64,000 nucleotides of DNA from Heterodontus francisci (GCF_036365525.1 NC_090413.1:23570299-23634298), one strand, 5' to 3'; positions 1-11,703 are shown, counted from the stretch's first letter. Translations and numbers: made by a program. The notes: generated from the sequence alone by a model not told the origin.

Positions 1-504
1 TGCAGATTTCTGCAGAAGTGTGAGCCAGCTGGGTCAAATGACCTCCGTCAGCGCTGCTTATTTTAGAGATGTGTCAGCCTAGGCACTAGAATGTTGGCAA
101 GCGATAGGACTGTGAAGGGCATGGGGGTTGAGCTCAGCACCACACGTTCAAGGAACTGGGTTACCACCTGGATTTTCTAATCACTGATATTTTAACAGGA
201 TAAACCTGCCAGGGTTATGAGCAGGCCGATCAGAAAAAAAAAATCTGGACTACTGGAAACAGGTCAGGCTCAGGAATCTTGGCTGTTTTACTCACTCTCT
301 AGTCCAAAGGCATGAAAGCCGAGGTATAGGTTGTTTGTAACCCCACCCATTACCTGAAGTCTATTTTTTTGTAGCATCCACCCTGCTTATATTATTCCTC
401 CAGCCTCGCCCTGTTATACCACCCAACACATTCTTTTAGCTTAGGGAAAGTAATGTCCTGGTTGATAGTTATACCTCAAACCAACGGCGCTTACAATAGA
501 CGTT

Positions 505-670
505 CTTGTCATTCCGCATTGCTCATTGTGGGATCTTGCTGTGCGCAAAGTGACTGCTGCGTCTCCTACCTTACAACAGTGACTACACTTCAAAAGGAAA
601 GTGCATCACGGGCTGCAAATTGCTTTGGCAGGTGGTGAAAATCGCTATATAAATGCAAATCTTTCTTTTA
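505..670 (+). mobile_element. 3' fragment of Deu-domain tRNA-SINE (SacSINE1-like)
   Basis: Matches the central and tail part of the SINE repeated many times in this window (tgtgggatcttgctgtgcgcaaa...acaacagtgactacacttcaaa...gctatataaatgcaa). Confidence 0.65.
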
Positions 671-906
671 ATGTGAATGGGACTTGATTCTGTATTTCTA
701 TACAGATTTCTATCTTAAAACATTCCCCCCCCCCCCCCAAAAAAAATGCTGCGCCCGAAAACATGAAGTGCACGTTTCGATAGCAAATATAAGCCCGTAT
801 GAAGAGGGTTAAAGTATTTCGGAAGCCCTCTAGTGGCATCTACAGTCAGGAGCGAGGAAAAAACACACACACATAAAAAAACACACACAGACACGCACAC
901 ATAAAA

Positions 907-950
907 CCAATCAGTGGGCAGGAACAGTGACATCACCCCGGCTATTTAAG
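907..950 (+). promoter_or_regulatory. junb core promoter: CCAAT (907-911), TGACATCA ATF/AP-1 site (928-935), TATTTAA TATA-like box (943-949)
   Basis: Motifs read directly and in promoter order about 415 bp upstream of the junb ATG; TSS inferred near 975. Confidence 0.7.
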
Positions 951-1362
951 AAGTCATGGCAACCCAAGCAACTGCATTAGACTGGAGGATGTTACTGTAG
1001 AGGAACAGAGAGAAAGAGACTCCAGAAACAGACAGCATCATCACCAGTTAACATTCACAAGCAGAGAGAGAGAAAAATAAAAGGACACTTTGTGTTTACA
1101 AAGCAAGCTTGCGGGATTCTTGCTGCTGTGAAGACGCCAAAGGGGAATCTGCCTGAAAGAACATTGCTGGTGTGGACAGTTTATTGGGTGTTTGTGTGTG
1201 TTGGGGAGGAAAGAAGCGACTATAGTAACCGAGACGTGTTCTGGCTCTTGGGGAAAGCACTTTGCACTTGTACGCCCTGCCCGAGAGGGAAGTGAAGCCT
1301 TGGACTCTTCGCAAGCGTCTCTCCCTCCCCCCCTCCCCACTACTACAGATTTTGCTTTTTCT

Positions 1363-2307
1363 ATGTCTACAAAGATGGAACAGCCATTCTACCACGATGA
1401 CACCTTCCTCTCGGGCTACGCCAGTTCAGAGAGCGGTCTCCATGACTACAGTTCCAAATATTTAAAGCAGAACATGAGCCTCAACCTGGTTGACCCGTCC
1501 AGGTCCCTCAAGCCTCACCTGCGGAACCCAGAGGACAACCTGCTCAACGCGCCCGACGTGGGGCTCCTGAAGCTGGCATCTCCCGAGCTGGAGCGGCTCA
1601 TCATCCAATCCAGCAATGGGGTGATCACCACCACGCCCACCCCCGGCCAGTATTTCTGTGCCAGGAACATCACAGACGAGCAGGAAGGCTTCGCCGACGG
1701 CTTCGTGAAGGCGCTGGAGGAGCTGCACAAGATCAATCATGTTGCGCCCAACGTGTCCATCTCCAACCCGGGCATGAGCTGCAGCGCCGCCCCCAACAAT
1801 GCCTACGGCTCCTCGGTGCCCTCCGAGGTGCCCCCCGTCTACACCAACCTCACCGCCTACAACTCCAACACTATCTCGGCCGGCGGCAGCTACCCCACCG
1901 CCACCATCAGCTACCTGCCCCAGCCTCACGCCTACAGCCTCCCCGCCGTGCCCGTGGGCCACCCGAGGCTGCAGACCCTCAAGGAGGAGCCTCAGATCGT
2001 GCCGGACGTTCAGAGCCGAGGGGAGACCCCTCCACTCTCCCCCATTGACATGGAGAACCAGGAGCGCATCAAGGCGGAGAGGAAGCGCATGAGGAACCGA
2101 GTGGCCGCCTCTAAGTGCAGGAAGAGGAAGCTGGAAAGGATCGCCAGGTTGGAGGACAAGGTGAAGACTTTGAAATCCGACAACGCCGGCTTAGCTTCCA
2201 CCGCGACCGTCCTGAGGGACCAGGTTTCTCAGCTGAAACAGAAAGTCATGACTCACATCAGCAGTGGCTGTCAGATAGTATTAACTCAAAAACTACAGGG
2301 CTTCTGA
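1363..2307 (+). CDS. junb: Transcription factor JunB (AP-1 bZIP), intronless, 314 aa
   Basis: ATG at 1363 within ORF 1192-2307: [45 protein letters not shown], basic region [17 protein letters not shown], leucine zipper, KQKVMTH. The N-terminus and KVMTH are JunB-type, and the gene is syntenic with prdx2 and rnaseh2a. Confidence 0.96.
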   Translation: MSTKMEQPFYHDDTFLSGYASSESGLHDYSSKYLKQNMSLNLVDPSRSLKPHLRNPEDNLLNAPDVGLLKLASPELERLIIQSSNGVITTTPTPGQYFCARNITDEQEGFADGFVKALEELHKINHVAPNVSISNPGMSCSAAPNNAYGSSVPSEVPPVYTNLTAYNSNTISAGGSYPTATISYLPQPHAYSLPAVPVGHPRLQTLKEEPQIVPDVQSRGETPPLSPIDMENQERIKAERKRMRNRVAASKCRKRKLERIARLEDKVKTLKSDNAGLASTATVLRDQVSQLKQKVMTHISSGCQIVLTQKLQGF

Positions 2308-3189
2308 GAATGAGCGGACAAAGCAAAACGAAAAGATAAGACTGATAAGTTTGTTTAAAAAAAGAGGAGGAAAAAAACCTTTCTGATCGCACTGAAACTC
2401 CGAGAAAGTTGCATGTGGTCTGGTCTGAAGCTGTGAGACTATCCTTACAGAAAAAAAAAGACACTGAAGTCTGTACACCAGGTAACGGAGATGTAGAGAA
2501 CTGTTCAGTGTCCAGCCTTGCACAGGAGAAAGCAAAGTCTTTTTTTGGGACTTGATATACTAAGAGGGTCACGGAAATTTCTCTCGAAGCTGCAGACAAG
2601 AGTTAATTTGTAAATTATTATTTCTCTTGTTTTCTGAATTTGTTTTCTGGTTTAGTTTGTAACAAACTGAGTTGAATTTGTGTTTTCTTTTTGGACAAGT
2701 TCATGTTTTTAAGTATTTAAGTAAATGTTTTAAACTGTGAACTTTCTGTGCGCTGTTGGTCTCTTCTTTCAATTGCATGGAATAAGAGTCTGGTTTCCTG
2801 AGATACCATCTGATTTCCAGAACTTGTGTTGTTGCTACAAGCGAGACATCCCAGACTTCCTGGGAACAAATTAGGGGGTGTTATCAAGAGGGGAACTATC
2901 AGCATTAGATTGGCAAGTCCACTGCTTCCTCCTAGTCTAAGTATACCCTCAACCCCCAACCGCCCAGTCCTATTCAATCCTTAACTTCTTGGTGATCCAA
3001 ACCGTCTTCTAAACTTTGATTACTTTTTTTAAAAAAGTGGGTTTCACATTTTAAAACGTTTCATGATTGAGTCAAGTTTGTACAAACACTGGTCCCCAAG
3101 TCTGAAATTATGGTGCACAGATTAAAAGGTTTATTTTCTTTAAAAAAAAACATGGAGAAGGAAGGTGACTGTGGCATATTAGGACTATG

Positions 3190-3540
3190 GGGACCAGATG
3201 TGTCTCAGGTTCCATTCTTAGTCTATAGTCTATGCTGAGTTCAGTGAGCAGCTAGGGGTGCTACAGTTGGCCTACCGGGTTATGGAGAGGAACACTGCCA
3301 TGGGTTCCTACTCATGATTGCCAACCAGCAAGCTCTCCTACAGGCAATGTGGACATTGGGTGAAGGTGGGATTGGGCTTGGTTGTGATACCTCCCTCAGT
3401 CAACTAGCCAGCTCACATTTGCAATCTAAACTTGTATGAAGAGCGACCAGTTAGTTTGAGGTACCAAAGGTTGACTTAACACCCTGTCAACCCATACCTG
3501 AACAAGGAATCAAAACCTTCAGGAGAGGAGATGGAGCAAT
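3190..3540 (+). mobile_element. Old unclassified interspersed repeat (SINE-like), degenerate copy
   Basis: Shares motifs (tgctgagtt...ctacagttggcct...gggttcctactcatgattg...gggtgaaggtgggattgggcttgg...ccttcaggagagga) with copies near 5150-5500, 10080-10310, 11770-12180, 20560-21060, 24410-24610, 26280-26700 and 40000-40260. Confidence 0.5.
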
Positions 3541-4252
3541 AAGAAAATTGGTGAAGGAAAATAGAGAGAATAAGACATTCAGGCATTGAAGAGTCAAAGG
3601 GATGGGCTGTATGGGAAAATAGGAGACACTCAAGCTGTACTGCCTAGGGACAAGTTGAGAGGGGACCTCATCGAAGTGTATAAAATATTAAATGATGTAG
3701 CGAAGGTAAACCTAAAATATTAATTCGGGTATGAAGACCACAGGATCGAAATGGACAAGTATTGCATTTGAAATGGTAAATTGAGAGAGTTAAGGTATTA
3801 CAGGGATGAGCTTTAATGGGAAAAATGGCCTTTTCCTATCCTTAACTGATCTCATGTTTTCAAAAAAAAAGCCTGTGGCTTCTTGAAGTCCAGTTATGAT
3901 GTGGCCACCATCTGTGGATGCAGTGATGAACATATTTAAACAAAGGATTAGTCAAAGTCCTTTGAATCGTGGCCTGTTTGGCTACTGACATTCATTAGCT
4001 GCAACAGAATGCTGTTGTCTTGACATGCCACAGGTGTCCACATTGGAGACCGTGCCCTCATACTCACAAGAGGTGCCAGACCACAATTTATTTTATCTAT
4101 AGCGACCTTTAAATAAGTCCAGTTAAGATTTCTTTGAACCTCTGCCTCACTGGGCTGGGAAGGGGGGAGGGGAAGGTGGTATTTCAGCCATAATTCCTGC
4201 TCCTGATCCCTATCGAGTGATCCCTTCTGGAAAGAGAGAAGGAAAGAAACAG

Positions 4253-4620
4253 CCATTTATATAGGATATTTCATGAACTTGGGACATTCACAGCCAATTA
4301 ATTACTCGTGAAGCGTAGTCACTGTTGTAATGTAGGGAGTCACTGCAGCCAATTTTACCACAGCAAAGTCTCACAAACATTTATAAGGAAGAGTAACCAA
4401 AAAATATTTTTAGTGATGAGGGATAAATATTGACCAAGACACCATGGGAACTCCTGCTCTTCTTCAAATAGTGCTTCTATATCCACCTGAGATTGCAGCC
4501 CAGGCTTCAGTCCAATGTCTCATCTGACAGTGCAGCAGCAGATTTTGTGCTCAAGTCTCTGGAGTTGGGCCTGAACTCACAGTCTTCTGACTCCAAAGTA
4601 AGAACGAGCCAAGGTGACCA
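4253..4620 (-). mobile_element. Deu-domain tRNA-SINE (SacSINE1-like)
   Basis: Aligns by eye with the more intact copy at 16108-16544. Confidence 0.7.
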
Positions 4621-5674
4621 TGGGTTAAGCACAGGATTAGGCTTAGCTGTGATATTTATGTGCTTGACTGACTAGTGAATGCTTATTGTCCAGGTTTTCA
4701 CATTAAAATAGCCTGGAGAACTGGACACTAGATTGAGTCACCATCTTGGGGGAGAGGAGGGAAGAAACACATACACACAAAAACATCTCAAGCCCATATG
4801 GCTTATCCATTTTTAGTGCACCCTGAAAGAGTTAACCAATTAACCGACACTGGAATCATAATGAGCCTAAATAAAAATGTAAACTAGTCTACTGAATAAT
4901 TATAAGGCTTTCTCTCATGAAACATTAGAAGTTCTGTTTACAAGGAACTCCTTTGTAAAAAGACATAACTAAGTTTGCAAGAAAATGAAAGTCCTGAACA
5001 TATAATTTGTTCATAATCTGAGGGTTCAGAAATGTAGATAACATAATCTTTAATCCAGTAAAGAAATGAAAGCCAAGTGTTAGCTTTCAGTTCTCATACA
5101 GTATATTGAATGGATAAACCTTGTTGAATCACGAGGTAAAAGGAAGATTCACATTTGGCCCAGCAAGGTTTATTCCCCATCTCACCTGAAGGCACTTGCT
5201 TATGCTGGGTTACAATCCCAGTGGCTCCAGAAGCCCTTCTTGCCCAACTGGCATGAGTGAGCATGGACAATGAGTGTCAACAGGCTAAACTGTGGAAAAC
5301 ATCACAACCTCACCCAATCCTGTTCTCGCCCAATAGGCCCAGACACCCACTTCTTGGCAGGCATCACTGGATGGTGATCGGGAGCAGACAACCCAGGTTG
5401 ATTCTTCCACCCAGTAACCAAGGGCCAGTTAGGCTAATTAAAGCACTTCAACTGACATCCCATTGGAGATCAGCAACACAGCACAGTCTGTGAATCAATC
5501 TAAAACCATATTTTTACATTACTGAAGTTAAGCTCATCAATCATCCTGAGCTAAGTAAGCAGCTGTTATCTTCAGCAAATAATTGATCCAGTAATTTGAC
5601 TCTAACATCAACAAAGGAACATATTCTAAGCAAGAACTTACATTAATGAATGCATGAATTAATTAATTAATTCA

Positions 5675-6035
5675 GAATCTTTCACAATTTTAGGACATCT
5701 CAGTGCACGTTACAGCCAATGAAGTACTTTTTGAAGGGTAGTCACTCATGTAGGAAACACGGCAGCTAATTTATGCACAGCAAGCTCCCACAAACAACAA
5801 TGTGATAATGACCAGATAACCTGTTTTAGTGGTGTTTGTTGAGGGATTAACATTGGCCAGGATACCAGGGAGAACTGCCCTGCTCTTCTTCAAAATATTG
5901 TCATGGGAACTTTTACATCCACCGGAGAAGGCAGATGGGCCTCAGTTTAACTTCTCATCTGGCAGTCACCTCTGACAGTGCAGCAGTCCCTCAGTAGTGC
6001 ACTGAAGTGTCGGCTGACATTTTGTGCTGAAGTAC
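5675..6035 (-). mobile_element. Deu-domain tRNA-SINE (SacSINE1-like)
   Basis: tacagccaatgaagtactttttgaag...cacagcaagctcccacaaac...gacagtgcagcagtccctcagtagtgcactg. Confidence 0.75.
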
Positions 6036-6484
6036 ATTAAGAACCTCTTGCTAAGATATCATGAATGAAGTATATTTTATATTTGTCAAATTTACATTTT
6101 GTTCCAACAAATGGTTTTGTGTTTGTGTCACCAGAGGGCCATGCTCTGTCAAGAACGGAGGGAAAAACACTGAACAAGGAGGAATTTGAGTTGAAATTTT
6201 TAGGGTGGGAGAGGAGTCTATCAAATGACCTGGAGGATACATTTGACTTTAATCAATTAAAATGCCAGTGAATTGAGGGTGTGGAAGAATGAGATTGACT
6301 TTATCTATCTCAGCGCATAGATTGCTGCCTGATCGAACATTGTCTTTAGTTAGGGTGTGTTGTTTTCATTTTATACAGTGTGATTACAGATCTTCATCAA
6401 CAACTCTATTATCATTGTATCATGTGACTACCAGGGTGGTGGAAAGCAAACTAGATAGACCTTGGCATTTTTGTCATCTGACAA

Positions 6485-6576
6485 TTCTCATATGAAAATA
6501 AGGACATAGTCTGCCTAGTGAGGCAGTAGGGGAGAATAGTTTTAGCAGAGGAAATGTGGGATGGGTATGAGTCTAA
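6485..6576 (+). repeat. 92-bp perfect direct repeat, copy 1
   Basis: Base-for-base identical to 7570-7661. Confidence 0.95.
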
Positions 6577-7180
6577 TATGTTTTCAGTATATTTTGGCAA
6601 AAAGGAATCTTGTCCACTGCCAATGTGTACCAGAAGATAATGGGTAATGATGGTTCTACAAATCCCTAACAATGCTGATGGAATTGTTGCTGGTAAATAA
6701 TTAGAGGGAAAAAGATCCTTCTGTAGTCAATGATAGATGCCAACACTGGAATTGACCACAGACATAACAAAACGGTTTCTTGCCATTTTATACATTCCTA
6801 AGTCCCATGACATGACTTTGTCCTTGTTAGCTTCCTGCAGAACACACAGAGGTTCAGATTAAAATATATGTCAGTATATTTAAATAAAATCAATCTTTTT
6901 CTTCATTCTTTCTATTTAACAGCAGTATTTTAATATCTCATTTAATAGAGCATGATATAGCTTTAAAATTCAGTTATTTAATTCAAAGCTTTTGAATATT
7001 TAAGTTTTTAGAGTTGGATTTAAATTTATGTGAACATACATCTAAACGCATAGATTGCTTCTGGTAGGTAATTGCGAAATCTGCTGACGATACAAGGACT
7101 GACAGAGTGAAATATAATCGTTTCCTGCCCTACCCTGAAGTTGTGTAAAAACTTTAGAAAGTTGCAACAGCGTTGGCAGC

Positions 7181-7341
7181 GTGACGTGCAACGTCGAACG
7201 GGTGACCGGGGCTTTCCGCTCTGACGTGCGGAAACCAAGTCCAAATATGGGCAAAAGCGGAAACTGCGAATGATGTCAGAGCGGCTCGCTTTCCGGGAAC
7301 CCCCTCGTTGGTGTGCTGATCCAGAGCAGCTGGGAGTTTCC
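7181..7341. promoter_or_regulatory. Putative junb downstream immediate-early enhancer (CArG/Ets/CRE/kappaB/STAT cluster)
   Basis: TGACGTG 7182 and 7222; GGGGCTTTCC 7208-7217; GCGGAAAC 7228 and 7257; CCAAATATGG 7241-7250; TGATGTCA 7271-7278; TTCCGGGAA 7291-7299; GGGAACCCCC 7295-7304; GGGAGTTTCC 7332-7341. About 16 CpGs in 140 bp within CpG-depleted surroundings. Confidence 0.8.
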
Positions 7342-7569
7342 AGTTTGGCATTTCAAATGCGTACAATCCTCAAAAGAAAAAGACAAACAAAAAAAATCCA
7401 ATTTGCAAATAGATCTATTTTTACAAAGTGACGCTTTAAAACAAATGTGAAGTGGGGCTGAAAACATATTTTTAAAAAGCCTTACAGCAAAACCATCCCT
7501 CTTCCCAGCAGCACTGTTTAATGTTTTACAAGCCAGCACTGACAGATGATCCCCTGTGTTTGTTCCAGC

Positions 7570-7661
7570 TTCTCATATGAAAATAAGGACATAGTCTGCC
7601 TAGTGAGGCAGTAGGGGAGAATAGTTTTAGCAGAGGAAATGTGGGATGGGTATGAGTCTAA
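7570..7661 (+). repeat. 92-bp perfect direct repeat, copy 2
   Basis: Base-for-base identical to 6485-6576. Confidence 0.95.
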
Positions 7662-8659
7662 AATGACACCAGGTTGGATGAAAAATTTAAAGGCCTTACT
7701 TTGGCTGGCACTGAACAGCTGCCACGTTTTTGCTGATGGAACAGTAGTCGCCTCAGTCCAAAAGTAATTCATCCAGTGAAAAAAGCATTTTGAGATGATG
7801 TGATAAGGTATAAAATAAAATATATAAAAATAAAATACCAGTACCTTTATTGTCCGTATATAAAAGGAGTTTAACATCATTTTAGTGATACAGTAAATGT
7901 CAGAAATACACAATTGGTCAGATTGAAATCTGTGAAGAGAAAGTTTAATGTTTTGGGTGAAGCTTTAATGTGTATTTTCAGTTTTGACTATTTGGTTAAG
8001 CAAGGTTTTTTGTTTGGGGATGACTTAAAGAAATGACTTAATTTCTGTCATGATGATGTCAGGGGCAAGTGAAACAACTGTGAAATTTGATGTGATTCAT
8101 GTCATGATATTATCTGTTTGTAAACACATGAAAAAAGTCCCAAATATTCCTTTGTGAACAAGAACTCTGTTCTTATAATTCTGGCCTTTTGTGTATCCTG
8201 ATTTCCTTCGCCCCACAATTGGCAGCCATTCCTGTCCAGGCTCTTAGCTCTGGAATTTCCTCCCGAAACCTCTCCACTTCCCTGTCTTACTTTAAGACAT
8301 TTCTTAAAACCTAGGTCTTTCTCCAAGCTTTTGGTTACCTGACTTAATGCCCCCCTTCTTTTGCTTGGTGGCAATTTTTGTCTAATAATGTTCTCTTGAA
8401 GCATCTTGGTTTGTTTTACTACCTTAAAGGTGCTATGTAAATGCAAGTTTTTGTTGTGTGAGCCTAGACTGAAATTTGGGGAAACACCACAGGCAGGTCT
8501 GTTAGGCACATGCTCACACACACATCTTTCAATAGCTGTCATTGGATAACAACCATGTACAAGTTGTCCAACTTTTCTCCTCCTGAGCCCAAAAATATTG
8601 TAAGCAATTGTAGTACTGTATCAGGAAAGACTGAACAAATTGGGACACTTTTCTGTCAA

Positions 8660-8975
8660 AAAGAGAAAACCAAGGGGAGATCTGATACAGGTCTTTAAAT
8701 TAAAAGTGTTTGCTCGGAGAGATGATGTTTCCACTTGTCATAGAGAACAGAACCAGAGGCCATAAACACAAGATAGTCACTAATAAATCCAATAGTGAAT
8801 TCAGGAGAAACTTCTTTGCCCAGAGATTGGTGAGAATATGGAACTCGGTACCACAAGGATTAGTTGAGGCAAATAGTATAGATGCATTTATGGGAAAACA
8901 CATGAGTGAGAAAGGAATAGAAGGATATGCTGATAGGGTGAGATGAAGAGGGGTGGGAGGAGTTTTGTGTGGAGT
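8660..8975 (+). mobile_element. CR1 LINE 3' fragment
   Basis: ORF remnant FPLV..RTRGHKHKI...FRRNFFAQRLVRIWNSVP, the CR1 ORF2 C-terminus. Confidence 0.8.
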
Positions 8976-9307
8976 ATGGAGTAAATCAAAGAAACAATAC
9001 TATTTTGATAATAGCCAGTTTCTCTTAATATTTCTTTAAGGTTATAGCATAATAGTGTGAAGAAGACCCTATTTAATATTAGCAAAGGGGTAAATTCACA
9101 TTGGAATCATAGCTGGCTTAATACTTCATTGCCTGCTGCAAAAATATTATGATACTTACTGACATGTCCCCTTGGCAGCTCACAATCATCTCAAATGCAC
9201 ATTCCAATTCTTACTTAAATCAACATGTGAAGTGACAGAGAAAATAGATCTTTCAGAAAATGAGTGGATGTTATTTGAGATTAGCACAGCTTTATGTATA
9301 TGTATAG

Positions 9308-9886
9308 AACTTGCATTTATATAATGCCTTTCATGACCTCAGAATGTCCCAAAGTGCTTTACAGCCAATGACATACTTTGGAAGTATAGTGACTGTTGTA
9401 ATGTAGGAAACGTGGCAGCCTATGTGCACACAGCAAGGTCCCATAAACAGCAATGTGATATGACCAGATAATCTGGGTTATTGCATTTTTGTAGGGCTTT
9501 CCATGAACCCAAGACATTCCAAAATGTTTTACAGCCAATTAAGTATATTCCAAGTGTATTTACTGTTGAACTTGGCAAGCTCCTACAAAGGCCAATGAAA
9601 TCAATAATCTATGGTGATGGTTGAGGTTTAACTATTGATCAGGACACTGGGGAGAAAACCTGTGTTCTTTTTCAAATAATGCCATGGAATCTTTTACGCC
9701 CACCTGAGAGGGCAGCGGAGGCCTTGGTGTAACGATCATTCAAAATACTAAATTTCTGACAGTACAGCACTCCCTCAGTACTGCACTGAGGTGTCAGCCT
9801 GGATTTTTGTGCTCAAGTCTTTGAAGTGGGTCCTAAACCCACAACCTTCTGACTCAGAGGCAAAAGTGCTACCCACTAAGCCAAGG
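9308..9886 (-). mobile_element. Deu-domain tRNA-SINE with partly duplicated tail
   Basis: aacttgcatttatataatgcctttcatgac tail through the tRNA-like head (cccacaaccttctgactcagaggc); a second tail segment starts near 9485. Confidence 0.75.
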
Positions 9887-10434
9887 TGGAGAGCAGGAGT
9901 TGGACAGAACTGCTAACAGTGTGAAAAAAAGGAGACATGATGAGAGAAATAAAAGGTTATGTGAGACTCAGAGGCTGTGCGAATGGTTAAAGCAAAGTAG
10001 CAGAGGGGGAAGGAAGCAGAGAAGGTTCCAGTGGCCCTCAGGTGTGATGGAAGGAAAAGGCAGGTGGACCTCAGGGGTGCACACCACCTGCCAGCCAGGT
10101 ATCATAGGGATCCCCATCCCAAGCACCAACTCAAAATCTCCCTCATCCCTAGAAGTGCTGGTACACCATCAGGATCTGGAGCCCTGTCTGATTTGCTCTA
10201 GCCCAGGGTTGCACCGATCATCATCCCACCTCCGCCTGAGGCCAGCTAGCTCATTGCAGACCGGGAATCGAATCTGAGACCTTGTAGTCCCTCTAGCTTA
10301 GTGCTACACCAGGAAGATGATCATTACAAGGCTGGTAGGGGTTGAAGTCAATATTTACTTCTATTTACTCAGAAGAAAAATGAGGCACTCCCTAGTCTCA
10401 AAATCCATGTCATATTTAACTGCATAGAGGCAGA

Positions 10435-11703
10435 ATCTTCACACCCTGCTTCTTGTAAGGACTCCATCCCATTCTCCCAGTTGCTCCATCTCAGAAGCAT
10501 CTGTTCTGATGAGGCAACCTTCCACAACAGCACTTCTGGCATGTCTTCCTTTGTCCTCAACCGAAGAATCCCGCCCACTGTGGTTGACAGGGCCCTCAAC
10601 CGTGTCTGACCTATTTCCTGTACTTCTGCCCTCACCCTTTCCCCTCCCTCCTAGAACCACGACAGGGTTTTCCTTGTCCTCACTTTCCACTCCACCAGCC
10701 TCCACATCCAAAGGATCATCCTCCACCATTTCCACCACCTCCAGCATGATGCCACTACCAAACACATCTTCCCCTCCCTTCCCTTCCCCTATTAGCATTC
10801 CAAAGGGATCATTCCCTCTGCAACACCCTGGTCCACTCCTCCACCACCCCCGACACCTCGTCCCCTTCCTACAGCACCTACCCTAATCACAGGAAGTGCA
10901 ATACCTGCCCCTTTACCTCCTCTCTCCTCACCATCCAAAGCCCCAAACACTCCTTCCAGGTGAAGCAGCGATTTACTTGTACTTCCTTCAATTTAGTGTA
11001 CTGTATTCGCTGCTCACAATGTGGTCCCCTCTACATTGGGGAGACCAAACATAGGTTGGGTGATCACTTTGCGGAACACCTCCGCTCAGTCTGAAAGCAT
11101 GACCCCGACCTTCCAGTTGCTTGCCATTTCAACACACACCCCTGCACTCCTGCCCACATTTCTGTCCTTAGTCTGGTGCAGTGTACCAGTGAAGATCAAA
11201 ACAAGCTCAAGGAGCTGCACCTCATCTTTCGATTAGGCACTCTACAGCCTTGCAGACTCAAAATTAAGTTCAACAATTTCAGAGCATGACTGGCCCTTTT
11301 TAAATATTTTTCTATATTTTTAGTATCTTATTTTATTTTTTTAACCATGTGCCTGTTTTTTCATGTGGACAGAGCTGCTCATTGTTCTGCCATTAACACT
11401 CTCTCTAGACTAATGCGTTGTCTTTCACCACAAGCATTAACACACACTTTGCCTTTGTCCCATGACAATTACTCAATTTCTTCTGCCCTCTACCCTATCA
11501 CACACCTTCCCTTTTGTTCCCTTCCCCACAAAACCCACATCACAGCAGCACCCCCCACCCACCTTCACTTGCTTAAAGCTTAATTATTTTCTAACCTTTG
11601 CCAGTTCTGATGAAAGGTCACAGACCTGAAACATTAGCTCTGCTTCTCTCTCCACAGATGCTGTCTGACCTGCTGAATATTTCCAGCACTTTCTGCTTTT
11701 ATT
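10435..11703 (+). mobile_element. Penelope-like retroelement (Neptune-type) 3' part: RT C-terminus, GIY-YIG endonuclease remnant and pseudo-LTR
   Basis: Translates HPASCKDSIPFSQLLHLRSICSD and CTSFNLVYCIRCSQCGPLYIGETKHRLGDHFAEHL with frameshifts; ends in a pLTR carrying a hammerhead core. Confidence 0.85.
11603..11640 (+). ncRNA. Minimal type I hammerhead ribozyme remnant in the Penelope pLTR
   Basis: CTGATGA 11607-11613, stem II AGGTC/GACCT, GAAA 11628-11631, then CATTA (probably CpG-decayed CGTTA). Confidence 0.65.

Noticed and set aside
1192-1362. 57-codon N-terminal extension of the Jun ORF in the ORF track
   Set aside because: It starts at a non-ATG codon; Jun homology begins at the ATG at 1363.
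1462-2201. Overlapping antisense and alternative-frame ORFs in junb
   Set aside because: By-products of GC-rich codon usage with no recognisable protein.
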